A stretch of DNA of 50,136 nucleotides from a virus. Taxonomy: Duplodnaviria; Caudoviricetes. The position numbers and the translations under genes are program-made. This document shows positions 7,589 to 17,577 of this stretch, piece by piece (positions within the stretch are counted from its first letter, which is position 1; the number at the start of each line of letters is the position of its first letter). The notes under the pieces are model-generated. The model was not told the origin of the DNA, searched no databases, and saw only the letters and a program-made list of their open reading frames with translations. The DNA lies in IMG/VR virus record IMGVR_UViG_3300020045_011308, positions 1-50,136 of that record; one strand, written 5' to 3'.

Positions 7589-9433
7589 TTAAGCAGGATT
7601 GGTGTATACTCTTTCATCAGAAGCGTTGAGTGGGAAGTTCAAACCTGTTGTGCGGGTGATTGTAAACAAACCATCGACCCACTGTGCACCACTCTTACCC
7701 TGTGCAATAATAGCAACAGGAGCAGGTGTTGCAGCAGTACGCCCACCCTGAACATTATTATCATAGTCGAAGTCGAACGCAACAGAAGCACCGGTTACTT
7801 GTCCAGTAATTGGGGACCCACTATTGTCGTTAACAATGATTGCATCAGGTGAGTCATATGGATTACCATCCAATGTGATTGATGAACCAGCGGCGTTGAC
7901 AACCGGGGTTGTTGCATTGACTTTACGAACCTGCATGTTTGTCGTGTTTGGTGTACCTTGAACTTGGAACAAACCATTATTATTTGCGCCTAAGAACCCT
8001 GCAACTACAACATAATCACCGGTTGCAAAGTACGTTGTAAAGTTTGTTGATGTACTTGTTAGGTTAGCAACGGCACCAGATGGTGATACAACTGCTATAT
8101 CTGTTCCTGTTGCTCTCGTTGTGTATTGGAAAAACATCTTGTACAATGTATCTGCGTTTGTTTCATCAACAAGGTTGGTTGAGAACGCAATTGAACCTGC
8201 AGCAACGAATGGGAATGTGCGAAGCGTTGATGCTACCGGTACAGAGTCTGTATCAAGGCCGCTACCAACTGTAATATCACTAAACTCTAAGCTGTTTGTA
8301 TCGTTTGTATCGAAATCACGAATCAATACACCGGGCTTCGTTCGCAATGTTGAACCAATATAGTCAAATAACTCCATTGCAACTGAACCTTTAACAGCAC
8401 CAAATGTTGCTTGTGAAGCGCCACCTATAGTGTTAGCATTAACGTCTGTAACTTTTCTTAGCTGCCTCATGCCCCAGTTATAAATTTGCTGAGCTGTAGC
8501 AGTTCCTGATGAGGTATCGATAATTCTGTTGAATGCATACCACTCTGTACCAATTTGTTCAGCTCCGGTATAAGCAGCCCAGTCTGTTACACCTGAGTCA
8601 ACTGCAGTGTTAGCACCACTTGATGTACCACCAGCAGTTGTGAACCACCATGTTCCACCAGATGATCCACCACTCTGCCTTGATGGATCAAGGACAACAG
8701 ATTTTGCTGGGTAGATTGTTGCTGTAGCGTATGTTGTAAAACCTACACCTGAAATATAGTTGAGTTGCAGTGCGGTATAGGGAGCATTCGAGTCGATGTT
8801 ACCATCTGATTCGTTGATATTAGCGTCGACCGCGTTTGATAATGGAAGACGATAAGCTTGGTAAGTAAGAGCAGACAAATCCTGATCTTTCAGAAGATTA
8901 CCATACCCATAAGTCTTTCCTTGCACACGCAACGCTACTTTGAGAAAGTCTCTGTAATCTGTTGAACCGTTATAGATAAGAATGGGTTCATTCAACTCAC
9001 CCGTCTTGTCAAACGTATCCGTTGTTGCTGACCACCCTGTTGTTTGCCAGAAGTATGCAAGATCTGAACCCGGATCATCAAATGACAATAGTGATAAGAT
9101 AGCGGCGTATTCATCATCAAGTAAGGCCACACGAAATCCACCATCACGAATTAGGTCGATTGTCTGTGCATCATTTGGCTGCCAGTCGTTGATCCAGTCA
9201 AACTTCGCTTCAAAAATAGGTAGGAATGGAAATCGGTTTGGTTGAAGAGCGGCATCAGTCAACCATTCTTCTTTTGCAAACGAATACAACGCCTGGTGGG
9301 CTACACCTGAGCTTTTACCTGGAGCTGTGTCGTTTAAATTACCAGCGATCGCTAGATCAATTGTTTTTGTTGATGTGTTGAATGTTACTTCTGTTGCTTG
9401 ATTTAGTTGATCGGGATCGACTATTTTTGCCAT
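7589..9433 (-). CDS. Putative virion structural protein (614 aa)
   Basis: Has its own late promoter and GGAG RBS. T/S/G/N/D-rich beta composition. N-terminal DPDQL..LYSF.KEEW and C-terminal FDFDYDNNVQGGRT..ERVYTNP motifs. Confidence 0.7.
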   Translation of the reverse strand: MAKIVDPDQLNQATEVTFNTSTKTIDLAIAGNLNDTAPGKSSGVAHQALYSFAKEEWLTDAALQPNRFPFLPIFEAKFDWINDWQPNDAQTIDLIRDGGFRVALLDDEYAAILSLLSFDDPGSDLAYFWQTTGWSATTDTFDKTGELNEPILIYNGSTDYRDFLKVALRVQGKTYGYGNLLKDQDLSALTYQAYRLPLSNAVDANINESDGNIDSNAPYTALQLNYISGVGFTTYATATIYPAKSVVLDPSRQSGGSSGGTWWFTTAGGTSSGANTAVDSGVTDWAAYTGAEQIGTEWYAFNRIIDTSSGTATAQQIYNWGMRQLRKVTDVNANTIGGASQATFGAVKGSVAMELFDYIGSTLRTKPGVLIRDFDTNDTNSLEFSDITVGSGLDTDSVPVASTLRTFPFVAAGSIAFSTNLVDETNADTLYKMFFQYTTRATGTDIAVVSPSGAVANLTSTSTNFTTYFATGDYVVVAGFLGANNNGLFQVQGTPNTTNMQVRKVNATTPVVNAAGSSITLDGNPYDSPDAIIVNDNSGSPITGQVTGASVAFDFDYDNNVQGGRTAATPAPVAIIAQGKSGAQWVDGLFTITRTTGLNFPLNASDERVYTNPA

Positions 9434-9468
9434 TTTAACTCCAGATTTTGAAGAGTTTTATTACTGCT

Positions 9469-9476
9469 TATTTATA
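9469..9476 (-). promoter_or_regulatory. T4-type late promoter TATAAATA
   Basis: Exact consensus, intergenic, 35 nt upstream of the ATG at 9433. Confidence 0.85.
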
Positions 9477-9482
9477 AGTCTA

Positions 9483-12164
9483 TCATGTTGGGTTGGAGAA
9501 GAATGGATCGATCTCGAGTGAGGCTGGTAGTGTCTGATCACTACTGCCCAGTGTTACCTCAACTATTTTGTTTTTACGAGCCAGTGAAAGGATTTGAACA
9601 CTTACATCAACATCACTAATATAGTTGTATGAATATGATGCAGAACCCGCTGTTTCAACAGCGTTTTCTAATTCCGCATCATCAGATGCACGTATCCACA
9701 CTACTCTGTCTCCTGTCCCAAGGCCAGTTACAGTGTGTGTTTTTACATTATTTACAGTTGTATTAGCTGCTGTTGCATTTCTATAAGAAGGTGAAGATCC
9801 ACCACCTGAAATGTTCAACGTAACTTGTCCACCCGAGTCGTTATATATTGCAGCACCCGCGCTATAGAAGTAGTGATTTGCAGACGTGGTATTTGCTGTT
9901 AAGTTTATTCTGCTTGTGTTTGCAATCGCGTCAGCCGCGCTTGTGTAAAACGCTAATTGTGTCGATGAAGGTGTGTTTACATAGTAGAGTGTACCATCTG
10001 TCAGTCCAATCGCCGTCGCGCTGCCGTGTTTTTGATAATAAACAGGGTTACCATTCGAATACAGATGGGCTGCGTCTGTTGTGATTACATCTGACGTTCC
10101 ATTAACAGCAGTGTTGGTATTAAACTCGCGGCGATCTGGTCCGAAATTATTAAAAATATTGCCAACAAATGAATATGTGCCGGCTGTTGTAATTCTAATG
10201 GCGTGTCCACCAACATTTGCTCCACCACCAGTAAATGTATTGTTTGCAAATATTGTGGGATCAGATACAGAGGTCCATCTGTTGCTCGAAGCAACGTTAG
10301 CAACGCTCAAAGTACTATTAAATACATCTGTTGTGGTGTTTGATGAGAAAGTATCGCTTGTTGTCGGTACAAGAGAAATTGCACACTGATCCAGAATACA
10401 GCCGTTAGCATTTATTGTTGGGCACGCTGAGAAAACTATATCCTGGAATGTCATGACATTCCTCAACGTTACATTAAATCCTGATAGAGTCAGTCCGTTA
10501 AGATACCACGAAGCAGCATTAGTTGCTGCTGAATTAATCTCCCAATATGCTGGTGAAGGAGTCGACATAACATAACCATCACCGATGTATATAACGTCAC
10601 CTGATTTACCAGCAAGTGAAATACCGATCGAGTTGTTACTACCGTGGTAATTAATTAGCTTAGAGGTTGGGCTGTAAATTTGTGGAAATTGTAGCGCGCC
10701 AGCTGTTAATTTGATATTAATTGCATCCCCACCGCCAACTTGGATCGGAACATATGACAAGAGACCCGAAGCACCTAGTCGCTTGACAATCGGGATTCTG
10801 CAGAATCTTCCGATGTCATACACCCCCAAGGTGTCGACTGGTACTGTCGTTGTCCCACCGGCAAGAATCAGCTTCTTGATTAGGTGGAAATCCATATAAT
10901 AAAATGCGCCAGTTGTGTTATGGCCCTTATTCAAAATCAACACTTTATCTATTGCTGTGATTGTCGGTGCAGTATTACTATACCCAATCATCGTTTGTGT
11001 TTGATTTGGCTGTACACTAAACACAGTAAAACCTGCGCCTGCACCATCCTGGTTATCGCGCGCCATGATTTTAAATGCGCGGAAGTTGGTTGCGCCTTGC
11101 CCTATAACAAGATAACCACCACCTTGTGCAATTGACCCTTGGTTAAACAGCGCCATCTTTGATGTCGAGCACTGGAAACCACCAACAATCCAGCCAGTTG
11201 TCATATCAACTGCGGTTGTAGGAAAACCTACCTCAAATCCACGAGCATTTGTTGCATCAGCAGTTGGTGTACTGTTAATAGCAGTAGAGTAAGGATTAAA
11301 TCCAGCATCAACAACAGCCGCGCCGGCATCGAACGTTGTACCCTGCCCGGCACCGTTGGCACCTATGTTAGCGTATGTTAGAGGTGTTGCTTTAAAGTTT
11401 TGGTTGTTTCTTGTTGTTGCCGACGCCCACCATGTTCCAGTCATTAGCTGAGTGCCAAGATCTGCTGAATCATCTACATATGCAGGAATTATGCCGTTGG
11501 TTTTATTTCTTAGAGCAAATGTAAACTTCGTGTATTGTGCTGATAAACTAATATCCCATATTGGCTGAGGAGTAGCCGCTGCAGTGCGTTGCATATACCA
11601 TCCAACTGATGCCCCGGATAATGTAGTGTTAGTTGTACCACCATTATCCGATGAGTCAATAAAATGCATTGTTGCAGATGGGCCAGGGCGTGAATGTGCA
11701 CTGGTTGGGACAGTTGTACCCGTCTGATCAACACCAATATAGTGAATCACTAAACAATCGTCTGTAGTGGTTGTGACAGTGTCTGTGTTTGCGGAAGTAT
11801 TTGCTGTTGAAGATAAATTTGCAACGCCAACATCAAGCCATGTTGTCGTGTCACAATCTTTGATAATCAGTGTGTGAACATGAATAGCATCTGCAGTTCC
11901 CATTGCAACACCTAATGTAGCTGCTGCACCTGTTGCCTTTGCAATAAACACAGCAGAACATAAGTTAGCAGCTATGACTTGGGTTGCACCGACATTAGCA
12001 GCACCGGTGCTGTTGCCGCCCCATGTTGCGGCAAGCGTACCACCACCGTCAGCAGTTACACAAACTGCTATTATATCATCTGTAACATGAGGTGGTAGTG
12101 TTATAACAACGTTAGCAGCACCAGATGTGCTGCTCTGCGTCAGAAAGTTTGAAATATATGGCAT
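9483..12164 (-). CDS. Putative multi-domain adhesin/spike protein (893 aa)
   Basis: T/A/S/G/N-rich. Contains a beta-helix-like central part (HAIRITTAGTYSFVGNIF), a GLTDGTLYYV beta module and a C-terminal DPFFSNP. Coupled to the collagen gene. Confidence 0.65.
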   Translation of the reverse strand: MPYISNFLTQSSTSGAANVVITLPPHVTDDIIAVCVTADGGGTLAATWGGNSTGAANVGATQVIAANLCSAVFIAKATGAAATLGVAMGTADAIHVHTLIIKDCDTTTWLDVGVANLSSTANTSANTDTVTTTTDDCLVIHYIGVDQTGTTVPTSAHSRPGPSATMHFIDSSDNGGTTNTTLSGASVGWYMQRTAAATPQPIWDISLSAQYTKFTFALRNKTNGIIPAYVDDSADLGTQLMTGTWWASATTRNNQNFKATPLTYANIGANGAGQGTTFDAGAAVVDAGFNPYSTAINSTPTADATNARGFEVGFPTTAVDMTTGWIVGGFQCSTSKMALFNQGSIAQGGGYLVIGQGATNFRAFKIMARDNQDGAGAGFTVFSVQPNQTQTMIGYSNTAPTITAIDKVLILNKGHNTTGAFYYMDFHLIKKLILAGGTTTVPVDTLGVYDIGRFCRIPIVKRLGASGLLSYVPIQVGGGDAINIKLTAGALQFPQIYSPTSKLINYHGSNNSIGISLAGKSGDVIYIGDGYVMSTPSPAYWEINSAATNAASWYLNGLTLSGFNVTLRNVMTFQDIVFSACPTINANGCILDQCAISLVPTTSDTFSSNTTTDVFNSTLSVANVASSNRWTSVSDPTIFANNTFTGGGANVGGHAIRITTAGTYSFVGNIFNNFGPDRREFNTNTAVNGTSDVITTDAAHLYSNGNPVYYQKHGSATAIGLTDGTLYYVNTPSSTQLAFYTSAADAIANTSRINLTANTTSANHYFYSAGAAIYNDSGGQVTLNISGGGSSPSYRNATAANTTVNNVKTHTVTGLGTGDRVVWIRASDDAELENAVETAGSASYSYNYISDVDVSVQILSLARKNKIVEVTLGSSDQTLPASLEIDPFFSNPT

Positions 12165-13135
12165 TAAGAATAACTGTATGTGAGGCGATCATCCCACACC
12201 TTATCAAAACTTGCGGCTCCTTCAGCCCATTTGATCTCGAGATCAGGGTCACTTGTTTCATCAACGCGTTGTATTCTCCACACTGCGGCTGCTTCACTCG
12301 AACCAGGCTCTGCTTCACCGATATAAGTAATTGTTCCATCCTTATCGAGTAGTTTGGTGTACTTCAATTCAAGCTCCGTTTTGATATTATTTATGACTGT
12401 CGCAAGATTTAGTGGCTCAAATTTGCGCAGTGTTGAATTGAATACTAATACAGCGTTATTTGATACCTGACTCAGTTGTTTGAAGAGAACATCATCGTTA
12501 TCAAGAATATTAGAGGAACCACCTCCGCTTCCAGCCCAAGCCATAGAGGATATACTTTGATTAATTTTTGATATAAAAATTCTTTGATTTTGCTCATATT
12601 CAGACCTTATTTTTTCAATCTGCGCTGTAATATCAGGCAAGGCGGCATTTTTACCATCCTTACCATCTCGTCCATTCTTACCTGGCTCACCACGCTCACC
12701 TTTAGCACCAATCTTACCAACTAGCCCCTGTTTACCAACTTCACCGCGGTCCCCTTTATCGCCTTTGACACCGCGAATACCCTGTAGGCCCTGCTTACCT
12801 GGTGCGCCTCTATCTCCGGTATCACCCTTCTCTCCGCGCTTCCCATCCTTACCCACACCACCAACTTCACCGCGGTCCCCTTTATCGCCTTTGGCACCAC
12901 GGTCTCCTACATCACCCTTAGGACCGGTTAGTCCGACGAGGCCGCGCTCACCTTTTTCTCCGGGAACACCGGCTTCTCCTTTGACACCACGGTCCCCCTT
13001 GGGTCCAACAGGCCCAACACTAACTAATGGTGGTACCTGTTTTACGCGGTGGTCAATAATTTCAACTACTGTTTTGAGAAGTCTCGCCCTAGCAACCGCT
13101 TTTTTAATTAGAGGTGTCTTTTTAACTGGTTCCAT
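12164..13135 (-). CDS. Collagen triple-helix repeat protein (putative fibre)
   Basis: 41 uninterrupted Gly-X-Y triplets, a coiled coil, a GSGGGS linker and a C-terminal YIGEAEPG..WRIQR..WAEG..F..VWDDR domain. Overlaps the portal stop. Confidence 0.9.
   Translation of the reverse strand: MEPVKKTPLIKKAVARARLLKTVVEIIDHRVKQVPPLVSVGPVGPKGDRGVKGEAGVPGEKGERGLVGLTGPKGDVGDRGAKGDKGDRGEVGGVGKDGKRGEKGDTGDRGAPGKQGLQGIRGVKGDKGDRGEVGKQGLVGKIGAKGERGEPGKNGRDGKDGKNAALPDITAQIEKIRSEYEQNQRIFISKINQSISSMAWAGSGGGSSNILDNDDVLFKQLSQVSNNAVLVFNSTLRKFEPLNLATVINNIKTELELKYTKLLDKDGTITYIGEAEPGSSEAAAVWRIQRVDETSDPDLEIKWAEGAASFDKVWDDRLTYSYS
12647..13015 (-). repeat. Gly-X-Y collagen repeat tract with an internal 34-bp direct repeat
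   Basis: accaacttcaccgcggtcccctttatcgcctttg at 12734-12767 and 12860-12893, 126 bp apart (14 triplets). Confidence 0.9.
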
Positions 13136-14783
13136 CTTTGTTCAATTCAGTAAGAATATTATTCACCTCTGTCAATATAGCACGCTCTTCACTACTCAAT
13201 GTATCAATAGAGAGCTCTACTTCTTCCTGGCGATTCTTACCACCCGCACTTGGTGTTGAAGGTGTGATAACATCTGGTGGTTCAACTTGCTGATATTGAG
13301 GGTTAAGTGATTCGTCTTGAATCTTTTTATCTTCCTCTTTCATCTCTTCTTCTGTTTGACGAATGATGTTACGACGTACTGATTCGTTAGATACATAACG
13401 ACCAACGTAAGGATCAATCATCGCAAGAAGTTCAAATCGACCACGGATAACTTCATTATCCTTCAATTCGCTGTAGTAGTTATCTACAGCATAACGATAC
13501 TTGATCCCCTTCTCAATTTGATTCCACTCTTCTGGAGTAATAATTCTCTTGAGAATTAGTTGCTTTTCAAGAGCTCTACTGAAGAGTAAGCTGAATCGAA
13601 GCTGAAGCCGGGTAATGAATTTGTGAAACTTGATTTCGTCGCGGGTGATTTCCGATGATCGACCAAGATTGAATGTTGAATCAGCGTCCATTCTCGATAC
13701 AGGAACATTCAACGAGCGCCAGAGATTCTTCTGAAAGTAGTTAATCTCTTCCATTTCACCAAGTTGTGTTCCGCCTTGAAGTGTAGTAACTTCTGTACCT
13801 TTGCCATTGCGGCGTGGGAGCCAAAAGTCCTCAAGCATGGTCATGAACTTACGATCGTCACGAATTTCACCAGTAGATGAATCGTAGACAAGCTTGTTCT
13901 TGAACTTATTCATGATATCACTCATGTACTGCTCTGCTTTGCCTTTCGGTAGATCACCAACGTCTACGTAGAAAATACGGCGCTCAGGAGCACGAGCTAA
14001 TTTGTAGATGAGTGTTGCATCTTCAAGAGATTTGAGCTGATTAAGAGGTTTCTGTGCTTTATGCAAGTACGAGAGAACCATCTTATTGTATTCATCAGTT
14101 ATACCTGATGTTACTTGAATAATTGAATCTGCAGAGATCTTGATACCAGATAGACCGGCTTGTGCGTTTATAGGAGTCTCTTTTGCTGAGAGGAAGCCCT
14201 TATCGTTGTAGATGAAGTACTCTTCTTTATCCTGATAGACGTTCGCTGTCTGGTTGTTCGCAGTAACAGTAGATTTCTTTACTTCGCGAACTTTTCTAAT
14301 TTTACGAGGGTCAAGGTATCGAATTTCTTGAATACCTCTAGATGGAGCTGCGTTATCGATGATAACGTGGTATAGAATACGACCGTCAACATACCAGTGA
14401 CGGAAGATTTCATACGCTTCTTTTGAAAAGCTTAAGAGATTAATAACTGTCTTAAATTCGTCATTAACCTTCTTCTTGAGGGAATCTGATAGAGATTCAA
14501 CATCATCGAGATTGAGTGATACAATCTCTTGATCTTCATCGTTAATGATTGCTTCATTTACAATATCATCAATAGCAGAGTCAACTTCATGGTGCGCGGC
14601 CATTATTCTGTAGCGAGTAATTAACTCCGCTTCGGATTTAACGGCACCATCCAGGTCGACGTATGTACCGTAAGCACCACCTGTTGGGATAACGACAACT
14701 GCGCCGTCATCACGAATAGGTGGTGCAACTGATACGGGAGGAGTAACCTTCTTACGGTTGAACTGAAAGCCCCAGAATTCCAT
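13122..14783 (-). CDS. gp20: Portal vertex protein gp20
   Basis: T4 gp20 motifs WYVDGR, YLHKA.KP.NQL..LED, RAPERRIFYVDVG.LPK.KAEQY, EDFWLPRR, EITRDE.KF. Confidence 0.98.
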   Translation of the reverse strand: MEFWGFQFNRKKVTPPVSVAPPIRDDGAVVVIPTGGAYGTYVDLDGAVKSEAELITRYRIMAAHHEVDSAIDDIVNEAIINDEDQEIVSLNLDDVESLSDSLKKKVNDEFKTVINLLSFSKEAYEIFRHWYVDGRILYHVIIDNAAPSRGIQEIRYLDPRKIRKVREVKKSTVTANNQTANVYQDKEEYFIYNDKGFLSAKETPINAQAGLSGIKISADSIIQVTSGITDEYNKMVLSYLHKAQKPLNQLKSLEDATLIYKLARAPERRIFYVDVGDLPKGKAEQYMSDIMNKFKNKLVYDSSTGEIRDDRKFMTMLEDFWLPRRNGKGTEVTTLQGGTQLGEMEEINYFQKNLWRSLNVPVSRMDADSTFNLGRSSEITRDEIKFHKFITRLQLRFSLLFSRALEKQLILKRIITPEEWNQIEKGIKYRYAVDNYYSELKDNEVIRGRFELLAMIDPYVGRYVSNESVRRNIIRQTEEEMKEEDKKIQDESLNPQYQQVEPPDVITPSTPSAGGKNRQEEVELSIDTLSSEERAILTEVNNILTELNKDGTS

Positions 14784-14804
14784 CAATACACCTCAATATA
14801 ATGA

Positions 14805-14820
14805 GTGGGCCGAAGCCCAC
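14805..14820 (-). terminator. C(UUCG)G tetraloop hairpin after gp19 (weak terminator or stabiliser)
   Basis: The minus strand reads GTGGGC-TTCG-GCCCAC just after the gp19 stop. The U-tract is poor (TCATTATATT). Confidence 0.65.
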
Positions 14821-14823
14821 ATA

Positions 14824-15375
14824 TTAGGAACCGCCGGCCGAGCCGGTAATTCCACCAACTACTTCCCACCAATCATACGCGAATGTCACTTGGAACTCTT
14901 GAATCTGATTAGATGCATTCCAATCAAGATCAATCTGTGAAATATCAGTTGGATAGATTCCATTGAATTGATATACACGGACAGGTACACCAGTCTTTGA
15001 GAACTGTGTTACCTGTGCTTGCGACTTGTAAAGAAGCGGGCTAGCAGAACCAAATGTCCTCAAGTTACCCTGAAGAGTGTTGATTTTGTTTGACCATTCT
15101 TCCATCGCATTACGAATCAAAAAGTCTTCATCGTTGATGATCGTCACTGTCCAATCTGGAAACTCACGGTCACCAGCCAACTTCATACGTCGACCGAAGT
15201 AAGGTACTTCAATTCGTCCTAGGTTGGACGATGGAAGTTGAGCTGCCCTTGTGAGGAAAGGAACCTTAATATCAGCAACAGAGTTCGCTGGGTTTTGAAT
15301 TGTCACTTGGAAAAGTGCATTTCGTGCACCTCCAAGTGTCAACTGAGCCTTGATCTCGTTAATGTTAAAAGCCAT
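14824..15375 (-). CDS. gp19: Tail tube protein gp19
   Basis: GGAR..LF.V, AAQLP.S.LG.IEVPYFGR..K.AGDR.F..WTVTIINDEDF.IR..ME.W motifs. Lies between sheath and portal. Confidence 0.97.
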   Translation of the reverse strand: MAFNINEIKAQLTLGGARNALFQVTIQNPANSVADIKVPFLTRAAQLPSSNLGRIEVPYFGRRMKLAGDREFPDWTVTIINDEDFLIRNAMEEWSNKINTLQGNLRTFGSASPLLYKSQAQVTQFSKTGVPVRVYQFNGIYPTDISQIDLDWNASNQIQEFQVTFAYDWWEVVGGITGSAGGS

Positions 15376-15396
15376 ATGCTTCTCCTATTGTATTCT

Positions 15397-15404
15397 TATT
15401 TATG
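15397..15404 (-). promoter_or_regulatory. Late promoter variant CATAAATA
   Basis: Intergenic between gp18 and gp19, followed by an AGGAG RBS. Confidence 0.75.
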
Positions 15405-15406
15405 TC

Positions 15407-17515
15407 TTAAGCGAAGGAGCCTACAACTTCACTAAATTCAACAGATCCGCGAACTGCGACGAAATTAAGCTGAATGAAGTTGATCGAATATGCAGGAACA
15501 ACGAAGATGCTTCCTACAAACTCATTACGCGCTTTTACTTCGTCAGTGTTATTTGTATTATCGCAAACAACCTGGAAACGAGTAATACCACGACGGCCTT
15601 GTACATCACGCAAGAACGGCTCTACCGAGTTACGGAAGCGCGCTTGAGTAAAGTCATCATTGAATTCAAACAACATGTACTTAGCAGCTGTCGAGATAGC
15701 TTTTTCAAGCGTAATGAACAACCTACGAACGTTGATGTGTGAGAATGCTGAACCTGGCTTCGCAAGAAGAGTCTTATCACCAAAGAGAAGAGGCCCTTGA
15801 CCTGGGAACGTTACAACTGAGTTCACATCAGCCTTGTACAACTGGTTACGATGAGCCAATTTGTGAACGTTGTAGGAAAGCTTAACAACATTCTTGATCT
15901 GACCACGATTGAAACCAGCTGGCGACCACCATGAATCAAGCAAGCGATCTGTGCGTGCCATCAATCCAGCGATATCACCGTTCAATGGTACGTGACGGTA
16001 AACATCGTTATAACGGTCATACATATATTTGTAACCACTATCCATAATACCGTAGGATGTTGAATGAACCGCATTACGGAAGGCAAGAACATCATCAAGT
16101 TCATCATTTGTGTTGTTAACAACGTCGGCGCGATCAGGAGAGATTACAACAACGCAATCTTTACGATTTTCACCGATGTTATCAATCAAGTAATTTGCAA
16201 GCTGCTCACCATATGTACCACCACGCGCCTTACCAGCGAGAATGAAGGATACATCGATACTTTCAGCGTCTGCAAATTCATCATATGCCGTTGCGAGTAC
16301 AGAGATAGGAACTGCATCTTCAGCTTGACCATCCGAACCGAGTATAAATGATACAGATAGGGGTACTGTCGTACCTGCTGTTGCTACATTCAAAGATGTA
16401 TTCGAAATTGCACCTGAACGATCATTTGCCCACCAGATGTATTCAGAAGACTGGTTGAGTACGTCGCGGTAGTAATTTACACCACCATTATCTGTCTTTG
16501 CATCAGTTGCACGCGAAAGACCGCGGAATACTTCAAGAATTGTTCCTGGTACACTTGTAAATAGACCATCTTCATCAACTACGACAACATGTAGTTCATC
16601 AGATGCAGAGGTGTTACCAAACGCAGCAACGTGAGCTGATGTGCCCGGCGCGCGATCAACGTTCTCAAAGAATTCCCAGTAGCGTGTTACGCTATCTGCA
16701 CTCCAGTTAGATGAAAGCTGGAAGCGATCATTGAAGCTCAATGTAACTGTGTAGTGTGTTGAGTTTGTTACAATTGCTCCAACAGAAGATACGCGAAGGT
16801 ACTGCTTACCAATAAGTGTATTACCTGCTTCAACATAGTCACCAACTGATAGATCAGCGATGAGGTTGGTAAGAACTGCATTAGCTTCTGCTGTGAGTGT
16901 ACCTGATGCTGTGTTCGACACGGCTACAAGCGCGGTGTTGCTACCAACTGTGAAAGCGATGTTGCTTGTGTTAGCAATCTGTGTGTTTGGAACGAGCGGG
17001 CGGTTCTTTGTGTAAGCTGTTGGGCTATCGCAAACAGATACACGAAGCGAGTTACCTAGAGCGCCAGGGTACTTAGCGATATAGTATGCTGTCTCATCAA
17101 GGGTGTAATCTTTTGAATCGTAGTGATCGTTGTTACGAATGATCGATGCTTCAAGATTCGATGCAGTTACGTTCGAGCTATCAACTGTGTTCGCAATAGC
17201 ATTGAATGTAACATTCGATGAATTTTGTACGATTGTGAGGTTGGCATCAGCATCGGTGTTAGCTGCACGTGTTACATACAATTGGTTACTGTATGCAAGG
17301 AAGCTCGCTGCGGTGAGCCATGTTTCACCATTATGATTGGAAGGCTTACCGAAACGATATTTAAGAAACTCTTCGCTGTCAACAAGCACTGGTGTACCTA
17401 CTGGTCCCCAGAGGAATACACCAGCAATACCAGCTTCTGTCGTAGATACAGCAGGTACGCCCGCTGTTGCGTCGTATTCTGTAACGTTAACAATAGGGCT
17501 AATTTGGAAAGACAT
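15407..17515 (-). CDS. gp18: Tail sheath protein gp18
   Basis: SP.VNVTE.D, AKYPGALGN, DSGYKYMYD.YND, WWSPAGFNRG, INVRRLF, FEFND.FT motifs. Confidence 0.98.
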   Translation of the reverse strand: MSFQISPIVNVTEYDATAGVPAVSTTEAGIAGVFLWGPVGTPVLVDSEEFLKYRFGKPSNHNGETWLTAASFLAYSNQLYVTRAANTDADANLTIVQNSSNVTFNAIANTVDSSNVTASNLEASIIRNNDHYDSKDYTLDETAYYIAKYPGALGNSLRVSVCDSPTAYTKNRPLVPNTQIANTSNIAFTVGSNTALVAVSNTASGTLTAEANAVLTNLIADLSVGDYVEAGNTLIGKQYLRVSSVGAIVTNSTHYTVTLSFNDRFQLSSNWSADSVTRYWEFFENVDRAPGTSAHVAAFGNTSASDELHVVVVDEDGLFTSVPGTILEVFRGLSRATDAKTDNGGVNYYRDVLNQSSEYIWWANDRSGAISNTSLNVATAGTTVPLSVSFILGSDGQAEDAVPISVLATAYDEFADAESIDVSFILAGKARGGTYGEQLANYLIDNIGENRKDCVVVISPDRADVVNNTNDELDDVLAFRNAVHSTSYGIMDSGYKYMYDRYNDVYRHVPLNGDIAGLMARTDRLLDSWWSPAGFNRGQIKNVVKLSYNVHKLAHRNQLYKADVNSVVTFPGQGPLLFGDKTLLAKPGSAFSHINVRRLFITLEKAISTAAKYMLFEFNDDFTQARFRNSVEPFLRDVQGRRGITRFQVVCDNTNNTDEVKARNEFVGSIFVVPAYSINFIQLNFVAVRGSVEFSEVVGSFA

Positions 17516-17557
17516 ATTTCATTCTCCTAACAAGAACATTTCAGTATTATTCTTACT

Positions 17558-17565
17558 TATTTATA
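17558..17565 (-). promoter_or_regulatory. T4-type late promoter TATAAATA
   Basis: Exact consensus, intergenic, upstream of gp18. Confidence 0.85.
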
Positions 17566-17577
17566 AATTCTGAATAT

